DNA of 64,000 nucleotides from Escherichia phage vB_EcoS_HdH2: sequence record NC_048748.1; one strand, 5' to 3'. Shown piece by piece: positions 37,418 to 46,684 of this stretch (position 1 is its first letter; each line of letters starts with the position of its first letter). The notes under the pieces were generated by a model. It saw only the letters and a program-made list of their open reading frames with translations, ran no database searches and was not told where the DNA came from. The position numbers and the translations under genes were made by a program.

Positions 37418-37837
37418 ATGAGTAAATATGGTTTTGTAAATAACGGACTTAATCAAAGTATGGGCTCCCAGCAGCCCATTCCGGGTCTGGATAATCCCTA
37501 CTTACAACAGTTGCAACAGCGTTTAGCAGAAGCGCAACAGATGCAGCAACAACTCCAGCAAAACCCTGGAAGTGTGAGTCCTATGCAAATGATGCAGCAA
37601 ATGAGTGGGCAGTCGCAAATGCCTCAACAAATGCAGCAACAGATGCCGCAGCAGCAGCAAGTTCAGCAACAAACCCATCAACCGCAGGTTTCTGCGGAAG
37701 GACAGGCAGTACTAGCCCTTTTCGAAGACTTCGCAAAGACAGAGGATGGGAAGCAGCTTGTATCACTTATGGGTAAGTTTAATAGCTTCTGCCAAAGCCA
37801 AATTGCAAAAGCTCAAAATAGCGGTGATAACTCCTAA
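37418..37837 (+). CDS. Gln-rich low-complexity protein
   Basis: 139 aa; long MQQQ/PQQ runs; strong RBS. Confidence 0.45.
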   Translation: MSKYGFVNNGLNQSMGSQQPIPGLDNPYLQQLQQRLAEAQQMQQQLQQNPGSVSPMQMMQQMSGQSQMPQQMQQQMPQQQQVQQQTHQPQVSAEGQAVLALFEDFAKTEDGKQLVSLMGKFNSFCQSQIAKAQNSGDNS

Positions 37838-37846
37838 GGAGGAATT

Positions 37847-38041
37847 ATGTGTTGCAGAAAATCTGTTTCGTGCTGCCCAATGCCTGTAGCACGTTGTTGC
37901 TCTCCAGCAATGTTTACGCAAATACCGGCGTTCAATCCGTTTGCCTTTAAGCCTACTCTTATCCTGCCCCCTAGAGTAGATTTTCAGTCAAGATTGGCCT
38001 CCCGTATGGGTGGTTGCTGTAACAAGAGTATATGGTTCTAA
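37847..38041 (+). CDS. small Cys-rich protein with CC doublets
   Basis: 64 aa; CC, CC, CC, CC pairs; RBS aaggagg. Confidence 0.4.
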   Translation: MCCRKSVSCCPMPVARCCSPAMFTQIPAFNPFAFKPTLILPPRVDFQSRLASRMGGCCNKSIWF

Positions 38042-38052
38042 AGAACCAAACA

Positions 38053-38092
38053 ATAAAGCCCCTAGTCGAAAGACTTAGGGGCTTTTTCTTTT
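38053..38092 (+). terminator. Rho-independent terminator ending the plus-strand cassette
   Basis: cccctagtc...gacttagggg hairpin then ctttttctttt. Confidence 0.6.
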
Positions 38093-38106
38093 GCCTTAAA
38101 ATACAG

Positions 38107-38150
38107 AAAAGCCCGCGCTCTCGGAGAAAACGCGGGCTTAGTTCGAAGAT
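38107..38150 (-). terminator. Rho-independent terminator (minus strand) after SPFH gene
   Basis: agcccgcg...cgcgggct hairpin with T-run on minus strand. Confidence 0.55.
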
Positions 38151-38162
38151 TACGTGTAACTA

Positions 38163-39110
38163 TTACTTGTTACGCATATCCATGATCATTTGACCATCAT
38201 AGCCAGTGCCAACTACAGTCTGAGGTACACCACCTTGATATTTCTGAGCACGAATCATCTCAACTTCCAGTTGTTTCCAACGAATCATCTCAGGAGTAAT
38301 GGTACGTTGTAGTGCGGCGTTAGCTTCAGCTTCTTTCTTAGCTGCGTACAGTTTAGCATCTGCGTCACGTTCATTAGCAATAGCTTGGTTATTGCGAGCT
38401 TCACGATCTGCTTCTGCTTGTTTAACTTTTTGCTGTGCTTCCTGTTCAACGCGGGCAAGTTCAGCTTTCGCAGCGTTAACTTGCTCTTCACGAACTTTGG
38501 TATTCTGTACCTGTTCCATGATTACCGGTGGCAAAGTAATATCCTGAAGAAACACCTGCTTAACTGTGTAACCATATGGGCGTGCATACTCTTCAACTTC
38601 CTGTTGAATTGCAGTTTGCAATTGAGCCTGAATTTTAGCATCAAACAAATCTTGTGCTTTAGGTACAGACTTACCAAACTCACGAATAGTAGACAGTAAT
38701 TTTTCAGTTACATATTTGTCTAACGCTTGATCCTGAGTACCTGCATTAATACGGTTAATCGGTGCCTTAGAACCATCAAACTGCAACATAACAGTCAGGT
38801 CAACAGTGGATTTAAACTTATCCTGACTAGGGACCTGAAGTTTATCTAATTTTAGAGCAATATCTTTAGTACTAAAAGTATCGAAAGAAGCAAAAGGATT
38901 TACAATATGAAAGCCGGGTAATACTGGGCTAGGGTCAACCTTACCCAGGAAGGTCTGGGTTTTAACAGTACCGTCTTGAACAACAGTGTAAGAGTTAAGA
39001 GCCAGAACTAAACCTACCAAACCAACTGCAGCCCCAATACCCCAACGTTTGATATTACGCATTAATTTTTGCTCATAAGTCAGTTCTTTAGTGTTTTTAG
39101 TAGCAAACAT
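38163..39110 (-). CDS. SPFH/band-7 (prohibitin/HflK/C-like) membrane protein
   Basis: N-terminal transmembrane segment, SPFH-like core, long Ala/Glu/Gln coiled-coil tail. Confidence 0.65.
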   Translation of the reverse strand: MFATKNTKELTYEQKLMRNIKRWGIGAAVGLVGLVLALNSYTVVQDGTVKTQTFLGKVDPSPVLPGFHIVNPFASFDTFSTKDIALKLDKLQVPSQDKFKSTVDLTVMLQFDGSKAPINRINAGTQDQALDKYVTEKLLSTIREFGKSVPKAQDLFDAKIQAQLQTAIQQEVEEYARPYGYTVKQVFLQDITLPPVIMEQVQNTKVREEQVNAAKAELARVEQEAQQKVKQAEADREARNNQAIANERDADAKLYAAKKEAEANAALQRTITPEMIRWKQLEVEMIRAQKYQGGVPQTVVGTGYDGQMIMDMRNK

Positions 39111-39144
39111 ATATTTCCTTTATTTTAGTTACAGTTAATAAAAT

Positions 39145-39219
39145 TGGCCGAGGTGACAGGATTCGAACCTGCATAAAGGAATTTAGAAGACTCCTGCCTC
39201 TCCCTTAGACTACACCCCG
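39145..39219 (-). tRNA. tRNA-Arg (anticodon TCT)
   Basis: Anticodon arm GGAGT/CTTCTAA/ATTCC, T arm GCAGG/TTCGAAT/CCTGT. Confidence 0.5.
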
Positions 39220-39721
39220 TTTAAGTATTTTTAAGAACTCTCGTAAAAACTCTTAAAAATACAGACGATACCGGGAGAGTCATAAGTCTCACTCATTAAG
39301 TATTTCAAGACAAAATACGGTAACGTCTATTATTTTCCAGTTTAAGTCAGGGTGACTTAGTGGTTATGTCCTGCGGTATATTGAGGACTCGGTTAGGCTT
39401 GGGGTCATGACTTCCCACCTTTTGCTGCTACTCAACAGGAGTTATCGCGAATTACCTGTGCTATTGTGCACCATTAGTGACATCTCTCATGTCAGCATTT
39501 CCCACTTTGTGGATAGCTTGAAAAACTACTCCGATATGGAGAAAGAACTTCACTACCCTAGAATACCTTCTAAAGTTCTTCTTTAGCCTGGACATAGTTA
39601 AATCGTAATAAAACTATTCAGCAGACTGGTTGGTTAGTCTGGAACCAACTACCGCGTGGTTTAGGCAGTGCGCAACTAACCTCGGAAGCTTTTACGTTAA
39701 AAGCATCAGTTATCCAGTTCT

Positions 39722-39796
39722 TACCGACCGTAGGATTCGAACCTACATCTTCCACCAGTTACGGCTTGATAATACCAATTATACTAGGACGGCAGT
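39722..39796 (-). tRNA. tRNA-like element (T arm plus partial acceptor; anticodon arm not resolved)
   Basis: GTAGG/TTCGAAT/CCTAC T arm. Confidence 0.25.
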
Positions 39797-40031
39797 GTTA
39801 CTACATAAGTGATTTCCACACCCCACTATTTATAAATTAGAGAAGAGTTTAGGGGAGAGGTTTCAGACGCCTCATTTTACACGTTCTAGCCACTAACCGG
39901 GATTGCCGCCCCCTGTGTACTAGTTTTACAACTAACCCACCGACTCTATTCAACGAATCTTAGTGCTCGACGCATCTTACATTAAGACAAGTTCAGCGTA
40001 ATCGGCTCGCTGTTCCCTAATTTATGAATAT

Positions 40032-40060
40032 ATTATACAGAATTTAAAGGCATTTAGCAA
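40032..40060 (-). promoter_or_regulatory. Early promoter (minus strand; TTGCTA-17-TATAAT)
   Basis: Member of the reiterated intergenic promoter family. Confidence 0.55.
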
Positions 40061-40068
40061 ATAAATTT

Positions 40069-40512
40069 TTAATTAAATTCGCCAGCAATCTGAGCAGCAG
40101 TACCACCATCATAACGCCCAGAAAATTCTTCCTTAATCGCTTTCATCAGCATACCTTTTGTAATTCCAGGGTTTAGCTTAACTAATTCTGCAAAGTATTT
40201 ACGAATCTCAGTATCAGATAACTGAGGAGGCAGATACTCCTGCAACCACTTAGTTAGAATGTATTCATACTGAGCAGACTGCAAGCTATAACTATCAAGA
40301 TCTTGACCATGAAGTTTAGCTTTCATCTGGTTAATGCTTTTTAGTTGAGCTTTGAGATAAGACACAAATTGTTCAGAAGTGATGAAATCTTTATCAATAC
40401 GCTGAAGATCCCCGATTATGGTCTGATAGCTTTTAGCGACTTCTTTATCAGAACCATTAAACTTAGAATCCTGCAAAGCTCTACGCAAAACATCTAAAAT
40501 ATTCTCTTCCAT
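40069..40512 (-). CDS. GatB/YqeY-domain protein
   Basis: 147 aa; C-terminal GITKGMLMKAIKEEFSGRYDGG resembles the YqeY signature. Confidence 0.5.
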   Translation of the reverse strand: MEENILDVLRRALQDSKFNGSDKEVAKSYQTIIGDLQRIDKDFITSEQFVSYLKAQLKSINQMKAKLHGQDLDSYSLQSAQYEYILTKWLQEYLPPQLSDTEIRKYFAELVKLNPGITKGMLMKAIKEEFSGRYDGGTAAQIAGEFN

Positions 40513-40750
40513 TATTTCATTCCTAACGCTTGGTTAAAAGATTGTTCTGTCATAACTGCTGAGACTTTGGCGAAATCAAACTTTTTAGGGTTCGTAGTGA
40601 TCTCAGCAACGTTAGAAGTTTTAACAGTTTTCGTAGTACGAATACCGCGAGTGTTAACGCCAATAATTACAACTGATTTCATATTTCGCTTCCTCTCATT
40701 AATTTATGAAAGTATTATACAGAAATTTAAGTACTTAAGCAAGTAAATTT

Positions 40751-41218
40751 TTAAGTTTTAGTGACAACAGGTTTATAGAATGTATGTCCCTTAATCTTAG
40801 TTGTTTTCTTAAATTTCTTTGTCCAGTAAGGTTTATCTTTACCACTATGGAAGTATAGTGCTCCATGTGTAGGATCTTGTGGTAAATCAACGTAGTATAT
40901 CACTCTAGCTAAATTCTTAGCAGTTTGCCAAGCCTCATCAGTTTTATCAACTTTTGGTCTCTTAGATACCCAAGAGAACTGGTTAGACTGATATACTACT
41001 TTACAGTAGGAATCTGGGAATTTACCGGAGTTTACACGGTTTTTAGTAACATGTGCAATCGCTGTCATTCCCTTTATGCCCTCACCACGACTTTCGAAAT
41101 AGATATTTTTAGCAATGCAATCTATTTCTTTTGCATCGTGCGATGCCTGACTACTAAAGCTGAAGGTAAGGGCAGCTACTAAAAGCAAAGCTGCCTTCAT
41201 TCTTTTTACTCCTGCCAA
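40751..41218 (-). CDS. secreted cell-wall hydrolase, SleB-like
   Basis: Signal peptide; AKNIYFESRGE ... MTAIAHVTKNR matches SleB/Hydrolase_2 signature. Confidence 0.6.
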   Translation of the reverse strand: MAGVKRMKAALLLVAALTFSFSSQASHDAKEIDCIAKNIYFESRGEGIKGMTAIAHVTKNRVNSGKFPDSYCKVVYQSNQFSWVSKRPKVDKTDEAWQTAKNLARVIYYVDLPQDPTHGALYFHSGKDKPYWTKKFKKTTKIKGHTFYKPVVTKT

Positions 41219-41523
41219 TCATATTCAACACGATTGGGATTTTCTTTATACCCTAAGTCAAGCAAATCATTACGCATACTTTGCTTAGCTACTGGGTTCG
41301 AGGTTACTAGTACCACTTTCTTTGGTCTCTGCCCAAATTCTAAGAGTAAACGAAGAATTTGATAACCTTCCATACCATCTACAGCCAAGTCATTATCCAT
41401 ATAAACGAAATGGCCTGTGGTATCAGTTTTATTCAGAAACTCTACAGCGGCTTCTGGGGTTCGAATGATAATGTCCATTCCGTGAAGATTACGCACATCA
41501 TCAATCAAAATATGAAAAGTCAT
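41206..41523 (-). CDS. hypothetical protein (receiver-like fold possible)
   Basis: 105 aa. Confidence 0.4.
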   Translation of the reverse strand: MTFHILIDDVRNLHGMDIIIRTPEAAVEFLNKTDTTGHFVYMDNDLAVDGMEGYQILRLLLEFGQRPKKVVLVTSNPVAKQSMRNDLLDLGYKENPNRVEYDWQE

Positions 41524-41965
41524 AATAGCCTCGTTTCATCAATTTAAAAATATATTATACATATAATTTAGTAGATTAGCAAATACATTTTTAAATTGTG
41601 AAACTAGTAAACCGATAAACAGCCTAGAGGCGCCACAGGCCCTATCTTATGAGCCATGTACCTTTGATCTAGGGTTTGAATCATCAACGAATACTTTGCA
41701 TCTTTTAGCTTTAGAAGTTTAGAAGTTTGAGTTCTTTAAACTTTTCAGCTTTCATACTTAAATGTTGATCTTTGAAGTTGTGTCGGTAATATCAACGACG
41801 CTTTGTTCTTACGTGTCAGCTTAAAAGGCTGGTGTAATAAACATAATCTCCAATAGATTATACTTTATAGTATGGTCAGCGGTCTTATTTAACCTCGTAT
41901 TTCAACCGCTGCTGCGAGGTAAGATGCTTGGGCTTTCGTCTACCGATTTACTAGCTTTTAAATTA

Positions 41966-42604
41966 TTACTCTACTTCAATGAAGGTAGAGGCATTAGACT
42001 CGGACAGAACAAAGTCAACATTTGTTGCAAAGTCCTGGTATTCCTCGTCATGCTGTTTAATCAGCTTCTCCAGTTCCAGCGGATCAATCAAGAATGGAGT
42101 ATTCTTGAGTTCCAGCAGGTTGAGCTGCATTTTAACTTCATCTTCGGAAGTTTTCTTATCGCGGGTAGCCATGCTATCCTGCAAACGCTCATATTTAGCA
42201 TCAAACTGTGCTTTCTGTGTATTAAACTTAACCGTAGCGGCATGGAACTGCTTACGCATGTTAGCCAGCAGCTGAGCTTTAAGCTCCATAGAACGCTTAG
42301 CTTCAATTGCTTCCGCAACAGTCATTTTACGAGAACCGATCTCAACGATTGTTTCTGCATTGCTCTTAATCAGAGCAGCTTTGATACGATCACGCTGGGA
42401 CATCATATCTAGGAGAGATTGGAAATCTGCCTTAATACGAGCAGATAGATCGTCTACTTCGATTGCAGCGCCAACTACAACCTTATTTTTATCCTTACCT
42501 TCACCAACAGCGATCAGAAGCTGTTGTTCAGTAGCTTTACGAATTTTAGCTTCCAGAGATTTGATAGTTGCCAGAGCGCGAGTTTTAGAAATACGAGTAG
42601 TCAT
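41966..42604 (-). CDS. hypothetical coiled-coil protein
   Basis: 212 aa. Confidence 0.5.
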   Translation of the reverse strand: MTTRISKTRALATIKSLEAKIRKATEQQLLIAVGEGKDKNKVVVGAAIEVDDLSARIKADFQSLLDMMSQRDRIKAALIKSNAETIVEIGSRKMTVAEAIEAKRSMELKAQLLANMRKQFHAATVKFNTQKAQFDAKYERLQDSMATRDKKTSEDEVKMQLNLLELKNTPFLIDPLELEKLIKQHDEEYQDFATNVDFVLSESNASTFIEVE

Positions 42605-42657
42605 TATTTGCTTCCTTATATGAAGTTTGAGATTTGAATTTGTTTAAATTTGATCTA

Positions 42658-42840
42658 TTACAGACCAATTGCCAGCAGAGTGCGCAGAACAGTATCGTTA
42701 CTGTTATCAATTTTAGGATTAGCACGATTTAGCAGATCAAAGATTTTCTGGACACCTGATTGACGTTCAGCCATACGACGGATACCCAGATTACGAGTAG
42801 CTTTCTTACCATTTTTACGAACATTTTTAGATACTGGCAT
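42658..42840 (-). CDS. small basic protein
   Basis: 60 aa. Confidence 0.35.
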   Translation of the reverse strand: MPVSKNVRKNGKKATRNLGIRRMAERQSGVQKIFDLLNRANPKIDNSNDTVLRTLLAIGL

Positions 42841-42910
42841 ATTTGTTTTCCTTTTATTGTTTTCTCAAATTTATGAATATATTATACAGAATTTTGGGGC
42901 CGGAAGCAAA

Positions 42911-43612
42911 TCAAATTTTCATTTTTTCGATCATAGCCGCAACACAATAGCTCTCAACTAAGGCATCGAATGCTGGGTCGTGCTTAACCGGATATATCCC
43001 ATAACGAATGGTGTCCATCTTCTCCATTTTAGCTATTGCCCAGCTAATACCTTCGGTCTCTAGAGCCTTATAACTGTATCCAGCTTGCATCCAGAGATTA
43101 CGAAGAGATCGAACATTACCCAAATTCCAGAATTTCCACGGAACTACCTCTTCATTGGTTCCAGCATGGAACGTGTTTGCAGAGTAGATAGTCATATCAA
43201 ACTCTGGGCCATTGCCATAATACAAAGCATTTTCTCCTAGAGCCAACTCCATAATATTTTGAGCCATAGAGAAGGCAGCATAGTTTGAGCCTAATTTATT
43301 AGTGCAATGATGTTTACCATTTTGGAAGGCAATCAGTTTTGGATTACGTTCCTTCATAGCTTCCATAATGTGAATAGCAGACGGGCTATTTTTAGCTTGA
43401 TCCATCCAGAATGCTAGAGTAGATGCTGTAACTTTGGCACCAGAATTAAGCTGATCCTGCACATCCAAAGTAACAAATACTAAGTCAGGGTCTTTATCAA
43501 TCCCATGCATAGCCACAAAAGCGAAAGAAGGCATTGCGATATGAGTAGTACCACAATCTCCTGGGGTTCCTAGAGATTCAATATCTAACATACCAAATGG
43601 TTTTACTTTCAT
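42911..43612 (-). CDS. DnaQ-like 3'-5' exonuclease (DEDDh)
   Basis: MLDIESLG (exo I D-x-E) and HDPAFDALV (exo III) motifs. Confidence 0.55.
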   Translation of the reverse strand: MKVKPFGMLDIESLGTPGDCGTTHIAMPSFAFVAMHGIDKDPDLVFVTLDVQDQLNSGAKVTASTLAFWMDQAKNSPSAIHIMEAMKERNPKLIAFQNGKHHCTNKLGSNYAAFSMAQNIMELALGENALYYGNGPEFDMTIYSANTFHAGTNEEVVPWKFWNLGNVRSLRNLWMQAGYSYKALETEGISWAIAKMEKMDTIRYGIYPVKHDPAFDALVESYCVAAMIEKMKI

Positions 43613-43640
43613 AACTTATCCTTTATTGTGTAGAAAACTA

Positions 43641-43877
43641 TTAAAGAGCTGTCTCTTTAATAGACTCCCACTTCTTGGGGTCTTTAAAACCAGGAAGCAT
43701 ATCCTCACTGACATCCCAGTTTTCTTCCATAGAAAAGTCTGGCCATTCATTCCAGTTATCTTCCAGCTCTTCATAACAGGTATCCATTACCTCATGACTA
43801 GAAAGTCGTGTATAATCTCTAGCGGACTTATGAGTGCTAGCACGGTTAAAATCATTCTTTGCTACAAAATTACGCAT
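43641..43877 (-). CDS. hypothetical acidic protein
   Basis: 78 aa. Confidence 0.4.
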   Translation of the reverse strand: MRNFVAKNDFNRASTHKSARDYTRLSSHEVMDTCYEELEDNWNEWPDFSMEENWDVSEDMLPGFKDPKKWESIKETAL

Positions 43878-43919
43878 AGTTTCTCCAAACTAAGAGGGGC
43901 TTTCGCCCCCTAACTTAAA

Positions 43920-44135
43920 TTACTTGCCCAGCAGTTTAAGGATATTTTCCATAATAGTTTGGGCAGATTTTTCACTCTTAGTAGTTTCGGCCAGTTTCAG
44001 GGCAAGTTCTTCCTGTTGTTTCTGAATATCAGCAGCAATTTTCTGATCAGCCTCAATACGAGCTTGAAGTTCATCAGTAATAGTAGTAAAGGAAGCAACG
44101 ATTTCAGTAACGGAACGTGGTTTCTTAGAGAACAT
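43920..44135 (-). CDS. hypothetical coiled-coil protein
   Basis: 71 aa. Confidence 0.4.
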   Translation of the reverse strand: MFSKKPRSVTEIVASFTTITDELQARIEADQKIAADIQKQQEELALKLAETTKSEKSAQTIMENILKLLGK

Positions 44136-44194
44136 AAAAATATCCTTGATTGGTTAGAGAATTAGTTGACTGTAGGGGCTTTCGCCCCTATCTA

Positions 44195-44710
44195 TTACTT
44201 CACTTTACGTTTGCGAGCTGGTTTAGCAGATTTACGAGCAGAATCGCCTGTGAATTTAATACCCACACCGTAACACAGAGCACGAACATTATCCTTGCTA
44301 TATTCTACGCCAAAGATATTTGGCTTAACAGAACCAAACTGGCCACGAGTATCACGCAGTACATCTGCCGTTGGTTTGCGCTTCTGGTTAACTGCTTTTT
44401 CGTAATCTTTCATGGCCATGCCATTACGAGAGAACAATTCAGCTCCAGCATTGAAACTCAGTGTTACTGGAACAGATTTGTGACCATAACCCTGTACATA
44501 GGTCACAAGGCGGGCTACAGAACGAGTAGCATTCTTAGCCTTCGGCTTTTGACGAATCGGAGCCGGACGATTCAGTGCCTGTGCAGCTTGAGCATCAGTA
44601 GGATGCTTGCGCAGGTGGCGTTCCAGACGAGCTTTGCGGTTAGCCTCAGTCTGCGGGAAAGTTTTAACTGTAGTAGCTGCTTGAGTTTTTGCGTTTTTCT
44701 GCTTAGCCAT
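44195..44710 (-). CDS. basic protein, possibly nucleic-acid binding
   Basis: 171 aa, Lys/Arg-rich termini. Confidence 0.45.
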   Translation of the reverse strand: MAKQKNAKTQAATTVKTFPQTEANRKARLERHLRKHPTDAQAAQALNRPAPIRQKPKAKNATRSVARLVTYVQGYGHKSVPVTLSFNAGAELFSRNGMAMKDYEKAVNQKRKPTADVLRDTRGQFGSVKPNIFGVEYSKDNVRALCYGVGIKFTGDSARKSAKPARKRKVK

Positions 44711-44785
44711 TATTTGTTTTCCTTTTTGTTTATCAATTTATGAAGTATATTATACGAGAATTTGAAGCGTTTAGCAAATGAATTT

Positions 44786-45235
44786 TTAATTTATTAACTG
44801 TAAGCTTCTTTTAATTTCAGACCTTACCTGCATCAAAAGAACTCCTAAAGTATTATCCCCGATGCCTCGGCAAACACCCCAATATGTATCTCCCCAGGTA
44901 TTTCCTTCAATCAAAGTTGCATTTTCTGTTGCTAACAGTTTGTCTCTCAAATCAGGGATTGCAAACTTTAACCGTAAAAGCTCTAGCATTACATCATCTT
45001 TTACCTTATCCCAGTCAGGGCGTATAATTAATTTACGTCCTCTACGTTTAGCAACTCCTGCATTTAGGGAACGTAATATATGAGCTACATCATCTTTTTG
45101 GTCGGATTTCATAGCCTGAAAAGCATGTTCTACAGTATCAGCATGCCATATTTCATTTAGGTATTCGAAAGTAATTGGTGATAAATAAAAGTTAGATAAG
45201 AAACTATAAGCACCTTTAAATTCAGTAATCTTCAT
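44786..45235 (-). CDS. NADAR-domain protein (YbiA-like)
   Basis: SNFY ... EHAFQA ... WG ... GDNTLGVLLMQVR pattern typical of NADAR/DUF1768. Confidence 0.6.
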   Translation of the reverse strand: MKITEFKGAYSFLSNFYLSPITFEYLNEIWHADTVEHAFQAMKSDQKDDVAHILRSLNAGVAKRRGRKLIIRPDWDKVKDDVMLELLRLKFAIPDLRDKLLATENATLIEGNTWGDTYWGVCRGIGDNTLGVLLMQVRSEIKRSLQLIN

Positions 45236-45516
45236 TTTTTACGCCCCGCATCTTTGGCCTCTTCGGCTGTATAGATATACTGATAAGCCCCTTTGGAGTA
45301 AGCTGGAGCAGTACACATTTTCTTACGCTCAATCTCTTCTTGAGCTTTTCTTTCGCGTTCAGCTAATTCTTCATCCAGATAAACTAAACGTTGTTCTGGA
45401 GGAGGTGGAAGACGTGTTTCTGGCTCACCAATATTAGCCTTTCTTATTTGACGAGGTGATTGTGCACGTTTTCTCAACGGTTTAAATCCTAATGAATTTG
45501 AGTTATAAATTCGCAT
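45232..45516 (-). CDS. hypothetical protein
   Basis: 94 aa. Confidence 0.4.
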   Translation of the reverse strand: MRIYNSNSLGFKPLRKRAQSPRQIRKANIGEPETRLPPPPEQRLVYLDEELAERERKAQEEIERKKMCTAPAYSKGAYQYIYTAEEAKDAGRKK

Positions 45517-45592
45517 AAAGCCCTCCTCACTTTCAATACGAATATTATACTAAATTAGAGGGCTTTAAGCAAGAAGATTTTTAATTTATTTA

Positions 45593-46069
45593 TCACATCT
45601 CGGCCATTTCAGCTTCAGTAATAACTGTGTTACACAATGCATCTACAGCTTCATTACCACTAATACCAGAATGTCCTTTAACCTTAATAAAGGTAGGATT
45701 AGTATTATGAAAGTTGATATACTGCTGTGTTAATTTAAATGCTTCCTGCCAAAGTTCTAGATTAAGAGGAACTTCACCATCTGCTTTCTTCCAGCCTTTC
45801 CTTTGCCAAGAAAACATCCAACTTTCCATACCATTTTTGCAATAAGCAGAATCAGTATAGATAACAATTGGTCTATTATCTTTTTTAACTGACCAACGTA
45901 GAGCCTCTACAATAGCCGTGAGTTCCATCTCATTATTTGTAGTTTTAGGACTATATCCAGATTTAGAACCTAAACGATCGTCGTTATCATCATAGACAAT
46001 AAAGCCCCAAGCACCTGGACCTGGGTTAGACTTACAAGCACCATCTGTGTAAATGTGGAAAACCGACAT
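45593..46069 (-). CDS. rnhA: Ribonuclease H (RNase HI family)
   Basis: YTDGACKSNPGPGAWG N-terminus and RNase H catalytic pattern. Confidence 0.8.
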   Translation of the reverse strand: MSVFHIYTDGACKSNPGPGAWGFIVYDDNDDRLGSKSGYSPKTTNNEMELTAIVEALRWSVKKDNRPIVIYTDSAYCKNGMESWMFSWQRKGWKKADGEVPLNLELWQEAFKLTQQYINFHNTNPTFIKVKGHSGISGNEAVDALCNTVITEAEMAEM

Positions 46070-46338
46070 TATTTGCTCCAGTCAATTTCAAGCCAAAAAC
46101 CTTCACGCTGCTCATACTTAGCTTCTACGACATAGCCTAGTTTAGTGAGTCGTTGCATAACGCTGTTTCTGGCGTTTTCTGAATATTCAGTTAACCCCTG
46201 AATATGGCAGTTAAATTCTTTTTCTTTGATTGCTTTATCAATCTCTACGGCAATAAGTGACTCTAGATTAAGTACTTCCTGTTTAATAACAGCAATAGTA
46301 TTTTGTTTTGCTTCTAAAGCAGATAAAAGAATAGACAT
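46069..46338 (-). CDS. hypothetical protein
   Basis: 89 aa. Confidence 0.4.
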   Translation of the reverse strand: MSILLSALEAKQNTIAVIKQEVLNLESLIAVEIDKAIKEKEFNCHIQGLTEYSENARNSVMQRLTKLGYVVEAKYEQREGFWLEIDWSK

Positions 46339-46634
46339 TAGTTTTCGCCTTCTATAATTACCCTAGTCGCTGGAGGAATTGGCGGCATAGGAGGAATACA
46401 TGGATGACCTCTTTGTGCATCATTTGGTACTCTTGGCGGTTCAGGTCTAATTGCCTTTAATTCCTTTTCTAGGAATTGTTCTAACGCCCGTTCTACAAAA
46501 TGATCGAAAGGTAAGTGATAATACTGAGACAGAGCTAAGAACCTACGTTCTTGACTTTGTGTTAAATAAACTTTCTTTTTAAAGAGTCCCATAGTTGTCT
46601 CCGATTTATAAAATATATTATATCTAAATTTCAC
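46338..46634 (-). CDS. hypothetical protein
   Basis: 98 aa. Confidence 0.4.
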   Translation of the reverse strand: MKFRYNIFYKSETTMGLFKKKVYLTQSQERRFLALSQYYHLPFDHFVERALEQFLEKELKAIRPEPPRVPNDAQRGHPCIPPMPPIPPATRVIIEGEN

Positions 46635-46684
46635 TCAGTAAGCAAATGAAATTTAAATATAATAGCCCCGAAGGGCTATTTGAG

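Noticed and set aside
38285-38699. ORFs 38285-38491, 38299-38547 and 38385-38699 overlapping the SPFH gene
   Set aside because: Alternative-frame or antisense ORFs within a strongly supported CDS
41924-42623. ORFs 41924-42412, 41979-42275, 42088-42318 and 42360-42623
   Set aside because: Overlap the 212-aa minus-strand gene in other frames; Cys/Leu-rich low-complexity translations
44150-44743. Plus-strand ORF 44150-44743 (197 aa)
   Set aside because: Antisense to the basic-protein gene 44195-44710; no promoter or RBS in this orientation
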